A DNA stretch of 64,000 bases from Eledone cirrhosa. Taxonomy: Eukaryota. The stretch spans positions 12,896,001 through 12,960,000 of the forward strand of contig OZ024765.1 in assembly GCA_964016885.1 (NCBI GenBank), read 5' to 3'. Below the pieces are notes generated by a model, which made no database searches, was not told the origin of the DNA, and worked only from the letters and a program-made list of their open reading frames with translations. How positions within the stretch are numbered: position 1 is the first letter of the stretch; every line of letters starts with the position of its first letter. Position numbers and translations under genes: made by a program. Shown one piece after another: positions 15,255-27,779 of this stretch.

Positions 15255-16134
15255 AGACACACCCTCACATACACACCCTCACACATGCACATATACACAC
15301 CCTCACACATGCATATACACACCCTCACACATGCATATACACACCCGCACACATGCATATACACACCTTCACATACACACCCTCACACATGCACATATAC
15401 ACACCCTCACATACACACCCTCACACATGCACATATACACACCCTCACATACACACCCTCACACATGCACATATACACACCCTCACATACACACCCTCAC
15501 ACATGCACATATACACACCCTCACATACACACCCTCACACATGCACATATACACACCCTCACATACACACCCTCACACATGCACATATACACACCCTCAC
15601 ATACACACCCTCACATACACACCCTCACACATGCATATCACACCCTCACACATGCACATACACACCCTCACACATGCATATACACACCTTCACATACACA
15701 CCCTCACACATGCACATATACACACCCTCACATACACACCCTCACACATGCACATATACACACCCTCACATACACACCCTCACACATGCACATATACACA
15801 CCCTCACATACACACCCTCACACATGCACATATACACACCCTCACATACACACCCTCACACATGCATATCACACCCTCACACATGCATATCACACCCTCA
15901 CATACACACCCTCACACATGCATATACACACCCTCACATACACACCCTCACACATGCACATATACACACCCTCACATACACACCCTCACACATGCATATC
16001 ACACCCTCACACATGCGTATACACATCTTCACATACACACCCTCACACATGCACATATACACACCCTCACATACACACCCTCACACATGCATATCACACC
16101 CTCACACATGCATATACACACCTTCACATACACA
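15255..16134. repeat. CA-rich compound minisatellite built from CACACCCTCACATA and CACATGCACATATA modules
   Basis: Direct inspection. The His/Thr ORFs are artefacts. Confidence 0.93.
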
Positions 16135-16174
16135 AATTGTTTAAACACTTTCATATTATATTTTATTGTGTCAG

Positions 16175-16325
16175 TTGTGTGGTTTAGACGTTTGCTTCTA
16201 AAGCTTGTAGTTCTAGATTCTGTTTTGCTGTGTGGCACCTTGTACAAGTGTCTTCTACTATAGCCTTGGACTGACCAATGTCATGTCAGAGAATTTAGTA
16301 GATGGGAACTGTGAAAACCTGCCAT
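16175..16325 (+). mobile_element. Degenerate CORE-like tRNA SINE (family C)
   Basis: GTGTGGTTTAGA..GTGGCACCTTGtaCAAGTGTCTTCTACTATAGCC..GTAGATGGgAACTG. Homologous to 47250-47410 (minus). Confidence 0.7.
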
Positions 16326-16527
16326 TTGTATGAAATAAAGCAAAGCAGCATCTTAGACTTGAAGAATTTGAACTTCCCCGAAGAGTATGGCGGATTCTTG
16401 AATTATTGGTAGTTCCAAAAATAATTCCTCCCCATATGAAACCATAGTAAGGAGATCTACATATAAGCAAAGTTAGATAGAGAAATGTTTTTGTCTATCT
16501 TGTTTATATTCCCAGAATATATATATA

Positions 16528-16700
16528 TTTTCCAATTCCAACCCGCACGTCCCCTCAATCTACCTTATTTCTCATTCTTTCTTCTGATGAAGGACTAGCA
16601 TCCAAAACGTTAAGACCCTCTTCCTGCTATTTCAAGTGTTAACCTAATATATCCCTTCCATATACTGTACCGATTGTGTTGTTATTTCTGTTTACCTTTT
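16528..16700 (+). mobile_element. Hammerhead-bearing short element (family P2); core at 16580-16615 mutated (GAAA to AAAA)
   Basis: TCTT-CTGATGA-AGGACTAGCATCC-AAAA-CGTT-AAGA. The homologous copy at 39551-39726 (minus) has an intact core. Confidence 0.65.
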
Positions 16701-16702
16701 AC

Positions 16703-16740
<38 letters not shown>

Positions 16741-17082
16741 GAAGGCACATGGCTTGTTAGAGCATTGGGCTTGCAATCGAAAGGTTGTGAGTTCAATTCT
16801 CAGATCGGGTGATGTGTTGTTTCCTTGAGCAAGACACTTTATTTCACATTGCTCCAGTTTACTCAGCTGTAGAAATGAGATGATAGGGACTGGGGTCCCT
16901 ATCATTCCACTGCAAAGTGGATGTGTAGGTGCCACGGCAAAAAAGCACCCAGCCCACACTGTAAATGGGGTTAGTGTTAGGAAGGGCATCCAGCTGTAGA
17001 AATCAAGCCAGAATCAGTTCCCGTCACACCCTTGCAAGCAGGGAAAAAGCGGACGTAAAATGATGATGATGATGATGATGAT
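16741..17082 (+). mobile_element. SINE family A
   Basis: Near full-length with a (GAT)n tail. Confidence 0.9.
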
Positions 17083-17262
17083 ATATATAGGATAAGAAAA
17101 TGCGAAGTAGTTTCAGATGTTAAAGTCCTTTATTGATAATGCTGTGGTACATATTTCAATGACGACAGGGAATGTGTGAAGGTTTCAAGAACATCATCTT
17201 TGTCCGTTCCCTTGTTGTTTTAATTTGGATTGCTTCGAGAACGTAACCTTACTATGTAAGAA

Positions 17263-17337
17263 GCTGTCTGATGAGATCATGGCACTGGTCAGGCTAAATC
17301 GTGTAGCCACTGTCACCATTGAAATATGTATCACAGC
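17263..17337 (+). ncRNA. Type I hammerhead ribozyme with a long stem II
   Basis: GCTGT-CTGATGA-..-GAAA-TATGTA-TC-ACAGC followed by AATAAA. Its 3' part is mirrored as an inverted repeat at 17101-17168. Confidence 0.7.
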
Positions 17338-17377
17338 CTTATCAATAAAGGACTTTAACATCTGAAACTACTTCGCA

Positions 17378-17652
17378 TGGTGGATTGGCAGTATCGGTAG
17401 AGGGTCAGACGCCATGCTAGGGCGGTGGATTGGCAGTATCGGTAGAGGGTCAGACGCCATGCTAGGGCGGTGGATTGGCAGTATCGGTAGAGGGTCAGAC
17501 GCCATGCTAGGGCGGTAGATTGGCAGTATCGGTAGAGGGTCAGACGCCATGCTTTGCAGCACAGTTACGTCCCTTTATGAACTGAGTTCAAATCCCGCCG
17601 AGGTTAACTTTGCCTTTCATCCTTACAGGGTCAATAAAATAAAAAAACCAGT
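17378..17652 (+). mobile_element. Family M SINE with its 45-bp head repeated four times
   Basis: GGCGGTGGATTGGCAGTATCGGTAGAGGGTCAGACGCCATGCTAG repeats, then the normal SINE body. Confidence 0.88.
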
Positions 17653-17753
17653 CACTGAGGAGGTCATAGAATGTGTGACAAAAGAGCTTTGACAATATAT
17701 TAAAAAAAAACATCCGGTTATCGAAAAGAGTTCCAAGTTAAAAGAGTTCCAAG

Positions 17754-17824
17754 TATTTTATTATGCACATTTCAAAAACAAATATCATCATGCGATAACA
17801 TTTGCGTTTTCGTCAGATAAAATA
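17754..17824 (-). ncRNA. Type I hammerhead ribozyme (inverted duplicate of 20885-20955)
   Basis: Reverse complement reads TATTTTAT-CTGACGA-stem II-GAAA-TGTGCA-TA-ATAAAATA. Confidence 0.75.
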
Positions 17825-17966
17825 GGGAGACATGATATGAAGGTTAAAACACACTTGTGAATAGTGCAGTTTTAAATCAACATATATGTTGATTTAAAAC
17901 TGCACTATTCACAAGTGTGTTTTAACCTTCATATCATGTATCCCTATTTTATCTGATGAAAACGCA
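17803..17966. repeat. Near-perfect palindrome with 82-bp arms
   Basis: Centre CATATATG at 17881-17888. Confidence 0.95.
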
Positions 17967-18998
17967 GATATCTTTTAACCATCTTTTGATCTTATATATT
18001 ATATATATATACTACCAAAATTAAATTAAAGATGCCAACGTCTGAGAAGATCAGAATCATGCACCATACCACCTGTAGAATAGGCTCATATAGGACTGTT
18101 TCTGGCTAGATATCTACAGCTGGATACCCTTCCTAATGCCAACCACATTTACAGTGTGTGCTGGATCTTTATATATATATATACACACACACACATATAT
18201 ATACATATTTATACACACACACATATATATATATATACGTATACGTGTATATATATATCTATAGCCAGAAACAGTCCTATACGAGCAAGACATGGTCACC
18301 CGACCAAACTTGCCTCAAATGGCACAAACCCATCTAACCCATGCTAGCGTGGAAGATAGACGTTAAATGATGATGATGATATATATATATGTATATATGT
18401 ATGTATATATGTATATATGTATATATATATGTATATATGTGTGTATATATCTATATATATCTATATACACACACACATACATAATTTACATTATATTATA
18501 GTGTCAAGAGTTTTCATAGAATAGAACAAAAGAGCATTCTATGTTAAGTGCATAACTAAAATATATTTTAAATAAATTCTCAGCATAGTTGCTTAATAGC
18601 CAAGGATTCAAAGCCTACTCTCTCATAGGCCCTATATATATATATATATATATAGATATATATATATATCTATATATATATATCTCTATATATATATATA
18701 TATCGTTTCTGAATTTGTTTAGCAAGATTCTTTATCTGAAATCGTGTGTTGAAACTGATATTGTTAACAAAGGAGAGGCACAGAAACAAAGAAAGGAATC
18801 CCCAGTCACTGAAGAGGTCACAGAGTGTGTGACGAAAGAACTATGACTATATATAAACAACTATCTGGTTGTGGAACCAACCAACCAACCAGAAATTTAT
18901 AAATTTGTAAATTTATAAATTTATAAATATATAATAAATTGAAGTGAAAGCAACTGGTGCGTGTGTTTCTTATTGGCAACATGACCCTCCCAAAGTAT

Positions 18999-19048
<50 letters not shown>

Positions 19049-19147
19049 TAAAATAACAGATTAATTGCTCTACGGTTCTTATATATTTGATATATATTTA
19101 TCCTTATCGAGCCCTCTTTGGATTTTAGTCTTCAAATTTATTATTAT

Positions 19148-19192
<45 letters not shown>

Positions 19193-19240
19193 TATAGATA
19201 GGTAAATATACACGGGTGTGTATGATTGTGTATAGAAGAT

Positions 19241-19635
19241 TATATTAATAAGAGGAATTCCAACTTTGTCTGATTTACTCGTTTTATTTACAATCCTTTA
19301 AAATATATATAATGGTATTATAATGAAAAAGTATGATAGAATATTAAATTCTAAGTGTTAATTGAACAAGTACTTTCATGCTTTCGCAATCTTCAGGTTC
19401 ATGATATGTGGTGACAGTCGAGTTTGCAATTTTCAACTGTTGAAAATTGCAAACTCGACTGTCACCACATATCATGAACCTGAAGATTGCGAAAGCATGA
19501 AAGTACTTGTTCAATTAACACTTAGAATTTAATATTCTATCATACTTTTTCATTATAATACCATTATATATATTTTAAAGGATTGTAAATAAAACGAGTA
19601 AATCAGACAAAGTTGGAATTCCTCTTATTAATATA
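19241..19635. repeat. Perfect palindrome with 197-bp arms and a 1-nt spacer
   Basis: Centre TTCAAC-T-GTTGAA at 19438, flanked by (TA)n. Confidence 0.96.
19475..19513 (+). ncRNA. Minimal hammerhead ribozyme (mirror copy on the minus strand at 19363-19401)
   Basis: TGAAC-CTGAAGA-tTGC-GAAA-GCAt-GAAA-GTAC-TT-GTTCA: 5-bp stem I, GNRA-capped stem II, palindromic stem III AAGTACTT. Confidence 0.75.
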
Positions 19636-19683
19636 TATATATATATATGTATATATATTATATATATATATTATATATATATG

Positions 19684-19742
<59 letters not shown>

Positions 19743-19875
19743 ATCTTGACTCTGTATACCGTTTATCTTTCACCGAAAGTCGTTTTTCATTGCATCTCTT
19801 CTTTCCATGATATCCGGAATACATTGAGTTCTTCATACGGATTGGACACTACCGTAAACTCTTGGTAGATTTATC

Positions 19876-19975
<100 letters not shown>

Positions 19976-19994
19976 TATATATATATATATATAT

Positions 19995-20035
<41 letters not shown>

Positions 20036-20056
20036 TATATATATATATATATATAT

Positions 20057-20092
<36 letters not shown>

Positions 20093-20094
<2 letters not shown>

Positions 20095-20417
20095 AGGCAC
20101 ATGGCTTAGTGGTTAGAGCATTTGGCTTGCAATCGAAAGGTTGTGAGTTCAATTCTTAGACCGGGTGATGTGTTGTTTCCTTGAGCAAGACACTTTATTT
20201 GACATTGATCCACTTTACTCAGCTGCAGAAATGAGATGATAGGGACTGCAAAGTGGTCGTGGAGGTGTCACGGCAAAAAGAAAAGCACCCAGCACTCACT
20301 GTAAATGAGGTTGGTGTTAGGAAGGGCATCCAGCTGTAGAAATCAAGCCAGAATCAGTTCCCGTCCCACCCTTGCAAGCAGGGAAAAGCGGACGTAAAAC
20401 GAAATGAAAAAATGATG
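20093..20417 (+). mobile_element. SINE family A
   Basis: Full head GGAGGCACATGGCTTAGTGG with a small internal deletion. Confidence 0.9.
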
Positions 20418-20683
20418 ATATATATGTGTGTGTGTGTGTATAAATATGTATATATGTGTGTATATATATATATATATGTGTGTGTGTATAAATATGTATA
20501 TATATGTGTGTGTATATATATATATAAAGATCCAGCACACACTGTAAATGTGGTTGGCATTAGGAAGGGTATCCAGCTGTAGATATCTAGCCAGAAACAG
20601 TCCTATATGAGCCTATTCTACAGGTGATATGGTGCATGATTCTGATCTTCTCAGACATGGCATCTTTAATTTAATTTTGGTAG

Positions 20684-20716
<33 letters not shown>

Positions 20717-20884
20717 AGATCAAAAGATGGTTAAAAGATATCTGCGTTTTCATCAGATAAAATAGGGATACATGATATGAAAGTTAAAACACACTTGTGA
20801 ATAGTGCAGTTTTAAATCAACATATATGTTGATTTAAAACTGCACTATTCACAAGTGTGTTTTAACCTTCATATCATGTCTCCC

Positions 20885-20955
20885 TATTTTATCTGACGAA
20901 AACGCAAATGTTATCGCATGATGATATTTGTTTTTGAAATGTGCATAATAAAATA
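20885..20955 (+). ncRNA. Type I hammerhead ribozyme overlapping the palindrome at 20743-20906
   Basis: Perfect 8-bp stem I TATTTTAT/ATAAAATA; CTGACGA; long stem II GCAAATGTTATC/GATGATATTTGT; GAAA; TGTGCA-TA. Confidence 0.8.
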
Positions 20956-21079
20956 CTTGGAACTCTTTTAACCATCTTTTGATCTTATATTATTTATACT
21001 CCAGTCCTACAAACTGTAGAGTGCTTCTTATCCGATATCTGCATTGCTTTATTGTACTACAATAAAACTCACCTCCTAC

Positions 21080-21117
<38 letters not shown>

Positions 21118-21133
21118 CATATATATATATATT

Positions 21134-21336
21134 GGAAAATAGTCAAGACCCCGACGGCTGAGCTCCGGCTGTTTCGACAGCTAGATCTGAATAGTTTGGA
21201 TCTAGCTCTGTCAAAACAGCCGGAGCTCAGTTGTCGGGGTCCTGACTTTTTTCCTATTACCCACTCTACTACCCTAAGTATTGAGTACTCTGGTGCGTTA
21301 TGGTCCACCTGGTTTCTTACCACACTTTCCTTGTTA
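21134..21336 (+). mobile_element. Fold-back element family P1 (diverged subfamily)
   Basis: Imperfect inverted repeat at 21141-21248, plus the same TATTGAGTACTCTGGTGCG tail. Confidence 0.6.
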
Positions 21337-21528
21337 CATATATATATATATATATATACATATATACACACATATATATATATATATACATATATACACA
21401 CATATATATATATATACACACATATATACATATATACATAATTCAACAATGCTTCAAGCAAACTACAAAACTGTTATATATATATATATATAACAGTTAC
21501 AGATTAACAAGCATTTGTATTAAATCAT

Positions 21529-21760
21529 TTAACCCTTTCGTAACCGTATTTATAATGAAATATACTTTTGTTTCAATTAATTATTGCAGAATTTTGAAGG
21601 ATTTACTCAAATGATTGACTATTTTGTTCCTAATATAATAACTTAACATATATTTCTTATATAATATCATGTTGAAATATATAAATTTATATAGGAATTG
21701 TTTGTAATGGGTGGTTTTCTTTCATAGAAGCATGGCTGGTTTTGGTATCAAATGGGTTAA
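21529..21760. mobile_element. TTAA-flanked MITE (piggyBac-like, family T2)
   Basis: TTAA-CCCTTTCGTAACC ... GGTATCAAATGGG-TTAA. A second copy lies at 57894-58358. Confidence 0.7.
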
Positions 21761-22936
21761 TTGATTTACAACCGGTTCGTTAGAATAACTGGTATATTAT
21801 GTTATAGCTTAATTGCTATAAATTATTGTTTTGTCTTGTCCCTTACTCCATGGACAGTTTTTTTGGTTTATGTCAGACACTATTCAAAAAGGATTTGAAC
21901 TCAGAATATAAAGAGAGAGGGGAAGAGCAAAGTTAATTAATTCAACGTCCATAAGGATGAAAGGCAAAGTTGACCTCAGCAGGATTTGACCTCAGAGTAT
22001 AAAGAGCCAGAAATACTGGATTTTAATATTTCTTTGTTGGGGAAGAACAAAGTTAATTAATTCAATTAAAAAGGATTTAAATTTAAAATCAACTCAAAAA
22101 GTTTTTGAATTTAAAATCAATTAGAAAAAGGATTTGAATTTAAAATCAATTAAAATAGGATTTAAATTAAAATCAATAAAAAAAAGATTTGAATTAAAAT
22201 CAATTAAAAAAAGGATTTGAATTTAAAATAATAAAGAAAAGGGATATGAACTCAGAATGTAAAGAACCAGAAATACTAGGTTTTAATATCTTTTGTGGGG
22301 GAGTGGGGAAGTCTAAGTTAATGAAATCTCCGGAAATGATGAAAGGCAAAGTTGACCTCAGCAGGATTTGAACTCAGAACAAATACCACAATGGTATTTT
22401 ATCTGACATTCTGCCAATCCAACACGCTTCATCATTCCAAAATATTGAGTACAGTATATGAGAAAAGGGAAGAAGGGTGGGGTTAAAATAAGGAAATATG
22501 TATAAAATACCTGAATAAGAAATTCCATATAAATTGAAGTGGGGGAAACCTTTAGGATCAGGAAGGAAATATATGAAGAAAATATGTTACAAAAAAGACA
22601 TTTTGTTTAAATATAGATTTATTTGAACAGTGTGTTATTACTTTCATTCTTCCTGTTAGTAATTTTAGTAATTTTAATTTAGTTTATCTCCTTTGTAGGC
22701 AGTGTCCGGTCAACTGATTCTGGCTGATTTCTACAGCTGGATGCGCTTCCTAACACCAACCTCATTTACAGTGAGTGGTGGGCGCTTTTTTACCGTGGCA
22801 CCTACATGTCCACTTTACAGTGTGGGCTGGGTGCTTTTTTGCCGTGGCACCTCCACGACCACTTTGCAGTGGAAGGGGGTGGAGGCATATTGTCTAAACG
22901 CTTCAGCTTCGGCTTGTACCCATGGGAAGTCGGGTA

Positions 22937-22975
<39 letters not shown>

Positions 22976-23059
22976 AAAGTTATATTTAAATTGTTGGGTT
23001 ACAACTAGTAAATATTTATAACTGATATAAAAGCACTCGACAAGTATTTGGAGTATATT

Positions 23060-23428
23060 TACAATATTAAATAAATGGAAACTATATTTATAAAACCATA
23101 TTTATTTCATTATATATATTTCAGGGATATCATATTAACAATATGCTATGCCTTCCTCAGACAAAATACAATATAAACAGTTTTATAGATAAATAGATTT
23201 GACATACCGTAACAACATCGACTTGTATTTGAAAAGTTGAATTGACTGCCAATTCAACTTTTCAAATACAAGTCGATGTTGTTACGGTATGTCAAATCTA
23301 TTTATCTATAAAACTGTTTATATTGTATTTTGTCTGAGGAAGGCATAGCATATTGTTAATATGATATCCCTGAAATATATATAATGAAATAAATATGGTT
23401 TTATAAATATAGTTTCCATTTATTTAAT

Positions 23429-23434
<6 letters not shown>
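23060..23434. repeat. Perfect palindrome with 185-bp arms and a 5-nt loop
   Basis: Centre AATTG-ACTGC-CAATT at 23247. Confidence 0.96.
23326..23391 (+). ncRNA. Type I hammerhead ribozyme (mirror copy on the minus strand at 23103-23168)
   Basis: TATTTTGT-CTGAGGA-AGGcATAgCATATT..AATATGaTATcCCT-GAAA-TATATA-TA-ATGAAATA. Same family as 3909 and 39214. Confidence 0.75.
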
Positions 23435-23463
<29 letters not shown>

Positions 23464-23747
23464 AAATATGTGATTATAGTGTAGTATTTCACTATTATCT
23501 TTGGTAAGTTGATATAAGCTCTATGCACGTTACTATCCTTGGTTCAACAGGAATTTAAAACGGAAGATTAAGTTATCGACAGTTAAATATCTTGTTGTTA
23601 AGGATGGTTCAGGTAGCAGAGCATTAGAATTCAATATTAGAAAAAAATCAAGATTATATATATATATATATGTAATCTTGATATGTCCCAAGGCTCTGAT
23701 ACCATCAACACTATAAACACAGAGCTGGCATATCTAAGAACTGACTA

Positions 23748-23803
23748 ACTGCCTGATGAGGTCATAGCCATTCAATGGCTATCATCGAAATATATATAGC
23801 AGT
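23748..23803 (+). ncRNA. Type I hammerhead ribozyme
   Basis: ACTGC-CTGATGA-GGTcATAGCCAT-tca-ATGGCTATcATC-GAAA-TATATA-TA-GCAGT followed by AATAAA. All three stems pair. Confidence 0.85.
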
Positions 23804-23844
23804 AAATAAAGGATTATGAGTTCATGCAATTAACTTATGTTTCG

Positions 23845-23891
<47 letters not shown>

Positions 23892-24465
23892 TACACATTA
23901 CTCTATATATATTATTATATTTTCACGGTAAATGCTTTACCTCACATAATTATCTCACATAATATCGACGGCCCTTTATGGTCTGAGTTCAAATCCCGCC
24001 GAGGTTAACTTTGCCTTTCATCCTTACGGGGTCGATGAAATAAAGTACCAGTAATGCACTGGGATAATTGCTGGCCTTGTGCCAAAAGTAGAAATAATAA
24101 TATCGAATCTATGAGATTTTTGATATTATTTTAAGAACAATACCTTAACATCATTATGAGTGGCTAGTTACAGCCGGTTTGAACAGAAAGAGTTGAGAGA
24201 ATCCTGGCTGGGTACCACTGGTTTAAATGCTAAAAAGTTAAACTCTACTTTGTTATTGGGCACTCTTTCCTCTCAGCTGTCAACCACAAACGGATGTATG
24301 TATATATATGATCCTGCTTTTGGGTGAAAGTAGAACTTGTTTGTTTAAGCTTTTAGTCTGTGCTAATAATAAATAAATATATATATATGCATTCATATAT
24401 ATATATATATATAATATAATATAATATAATATATATATATGTAATATATATATATATATTATATA

Positions 24466-24496
<31 letters not shown>

Positions 24497-24519
24497 GATA
24501 GATATATATATATATATAT

Positions 24520-24862
24520 GGAAGCACATGGCTTAGTGGTTAGAGCATTGGCCTTGCAATCGAAAGGTTGTGAGTTCACTTTTCAGACCGGGTGATGTGT
24601 TGTTTCCTTGAGCAAGACACTTTATTTCACATTGCTCCAGTTTACTCAGCTGTAGAAATGAGATGATAGGGAGTGGGGTCCCTATCATTCCACTGCAAAG
24701 TGGATGTGTAGGCGCCACAGAAAAAAGCACCCAGCACTCACTGTAAATGAGGTTGGTGTTAGGAAGAGCATCCAGCTGTAGAAATCAAGCCAGAATCAGT
24801 TCTCGTCCCACCCTTGCAAGCAGGGAAAAGCGGACGTAAAATGATGATGATGATGATGATGA
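24520..24862 (+). mobile_element. SINE family A
   Basis: Full-length copy. Confidence 0.9.
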
Positions 24863-25194
24863 TAATATATATATATGTAATATATGTATATACATATATA
24901 TTATATATGTAATATATATATATATAGTAATAATTGTAAATGCGAAGACTAAAATCCGAAGAGGGCTCGATAAGGATAATATGTATATAAAAATATATAA
25001 AAACCATAGAGCAAATATTTATTAAAATAACAGATTAAAGTTTAAGCAAAGAATATATATATAAATAAATAAACATGAACACACAAGTTCACCTCCTGAA
25101 AAAACATTTTTTTCTTGTTTTTCCTCAAATACTGGAAGACATCTTGTCTGATGCTCTCACAATCTTGCCAATCCTACACCATGAATTAATACTT

Positions 25195-25600
25195 TATTTC
25201 ATCATAAGGCATCTACCATACTCTGAACGCTGGGCATGGATACATTGAAGCTCCAACGTCTGGCAACTGACTTTGTAAACACCCACAAAATTATGAACCA
25301 TCTTGCCAGCAACCCTGAGCACATTTTTGAATTCTATGTGTCTAACACACGTGGGCATGCCTACAAAATCGGAAAACAGCACAACTCCCATGACTTTTGG
25401 AAACATCTTTTCACGCTCAGAGTTGCTGAAGCATGGAACAAACTACCTGCAGCATCAGTTGTTAGCTGCCTTTAAAACCTCCATGCTTCCCAAGATTTGC
25501 CAACATTACACCTGATATTCCACCTCCATACACATGCATGCATATGTGTGTATCTGTGTATATCATGACTCATACACTGTTCACTTTCCTGACATTTGCA
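25195..25600 (+). mobile_element. CR1-clade LINE 3' fragment
   Basis: Encodes NTRGHAYKIGKQ..FTLRVAEAWNKLP, the CR1 C-terminal TRGH...RV...WN.LP motif. Its 3'UTR is shared with 26445, 27735 and 44733. Confidence 0.85.
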
Positions 25601-25629
25601 CAGAGCAATCAAAATTGATGGAAGCTACA

Positions 25630-26332
25630 GAATGGGTAGACCAAAAAAAAAAACCTGGGACAAGGTGATAGAAACTGACCTTGCTCACCTGCACCTCTCT
25701 AAGACAATGTCACTGGATTGAGATCTTTGGCGCTATGCAGTTATACAGAAGACCCGCCTTCCCTTACATACAAACTTAAACCTACAGTCAGTGGGCACCT
25801 CTTAACCCAATATACATCACTCCACACCCCTACTCCATCCTCCCACCTCCGTCCACTCTAAAGTGGTCATGTAGATGACACGACAAAAAGCACCCAGTCC
25901 ACACTGTGAAGTGGTTGTGTAGGAGACACGGTAAAAAGGCTCCCAGTCCACACTGTAAGGTGGTCATGTAGGAGACACGGTAAAAAGGTTCCCAGTCCAC
26001 ACTGTAAAGTGGTTGTGTAGGAGACATGGTAAAAAGGCTCCCAGTCCTCACTGTAAAGTGGTTGTGTAGGAGACATGGTAAAAAGGCTCCCAGTCCACAC
26101 TGTAAAGTGGTTGTGTAGGAGAAACGGTAAAAAGGCTCCCAGTCCTCACTGTAAATGTGGTTGGTGTTACAAAGGGCATCCAGCTGTAGAAAACCTGCCA
26201 GAAACAGTTCTGTATGCGCGAGACACGGTCAACCGACTAATCTTGCCTCAATTGGGACAATTCCCATCTAACCCATGCTAGCGTGGAAGATGGACGTTAA
26301 ACGATGATGGTGATGATGATGATGATGATGAT
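25630..26332 (+). mobile_element. 5'-truncated RTE-A copy with a 49-bp tandem expansion (about 5.5 copies) in the 3'UTR
   Basis: KTWDKVIETDLAHLHLSKTMSLD matches the C-terminus of the intact ORF. Ends in a (GAT)n tail. Confidence 0.85.
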
Positions 26333-27186
26333 AAATATATATCACAGAAAAAAAGAGAATCAGTGTTGCAACGAATGGAATTTATTGGACATATTACAAT
26401 TGTTAATGGAATTTATTGGACATTTTACACTATATATATATATTGTGTGTGTATCTGTGTATATCATGACTCATAGACTGTTCACATTCCTAACATTTGT
26501 ACATTTTTCTATGTACTACACATGCACTTTTGACGAGTTGTAGTGCACCTGAGCACTGTACAAAATAATTTTCATTCATCATCATCATCATCATCACCAC
26601 CGTTTTACGTCCGTTCTTCCACGCTACCATGGGTTAGACGGGTTGTCCTGTTGTGAGCAGTGTCTGGTCGGCTGACCATGCCTTGCTCATACGGGAACTG
26701 ATTTGGCTTGATTTCTACAGCTGGATGCCCTTCCTAACACCAACCTCATTTACAGTGAGTGCTGGGTGCTTTTTCGTGGCGCCTACACGTCCACTTTACA
26801 GTGTGGGCTGGGTGCTTTTTTGCCGTGGCAACTCCACGACCACCTTGCGGTGGGGGGTGTGGGGGCATATTGTCTATATGCTTCGGCTTGGACCCATGGG
26901 AGGTCGGGTACTCTGTATTACTGCGTGATGCCAGAGGTCACGGTCGTGTGTCATTGCTTTTGAGAGGTGTAATTGGGTAAGGTCATTACATATATATATA
27001 TAATAATAATAAAATAATAACAATTATTATATAAAATAATAACAATAAAATAACAATAAAAATAATAACAATAAAAATAATAACAATAAAATAATAACAA
27101 TAAAATAATAACAATTATTATATAAAAACTGAACTGGAAAACTCAACAGTTGACATGATTTTGATTTTGTATCAGTTCTGACGGTA

Positions 27187-27217
<31 letters not shown>

Positions 27218-27779
27218 AGTGTGTCGTGTGTGTTTGTATGCATGAGCGTTGGTGTGTGAGTGGCGTGTGTGTTTGTATGCATGAGTGTTGGTGTGTGAGT
27301 GAGTGTGTGTGTGTGCCGTGAGTGTCAATAAGTGGGTTTTTTTAATTTTTTTTTTATGACCATGCTGTAAAATGGAGGGGTAGAGAGGGCCCATGGGTCC
27401 AGTAAGACATCCTCTCTAGTGCTGGTGGCACAAATAAAAGCACCCAGTCCATGCTGTAAAGTGGCGCTGGTGTTAGGAAGGGCATCCAACCAGTGTATCA
27501 ATGCCAAAACAATTATAAGCACAGCAACAAGTATGATGATGATATATCACAGAAAAAAGAGAATCAGTGTTGCAACGAAAGGAATTTATTGGACATATTA
27601 CAATTGTTTCTCGGGTGACCAGCTCGAGGCACGATCGATGTGGTGATCAAACCTGACTCTGAAATCGCGCAGTCCTCGAATACGTCTCGAGTCTATGAAG
27701 CAGATTTTCCTATTCAATTATATATGTATATATAGTGTGTGTATCTGTATCATATTCCTGACATTTGTACATTATTTTA

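Noticed and set aside
16330-16480. Possible minus-strand exon after CTAAC..TTTGCTTATATGTAG
   Set aside because: There is no convincing donor site or recognisable peptide, so it cannot be supported without RNA data.
20093-20165. Possible tRNA gene
   Set aside because: The A and B boxes belong to a multi-copy SINE head that continues into the SINE body, with no proper acceptor stem or terminator.
22060-22250. AT-rich ~27-bp repeats
   Set aside because: They are a degenerate amplification around the M-SINE B box (GGATTTGAA) and add nothing beyond the general TE-minisatellite finding.
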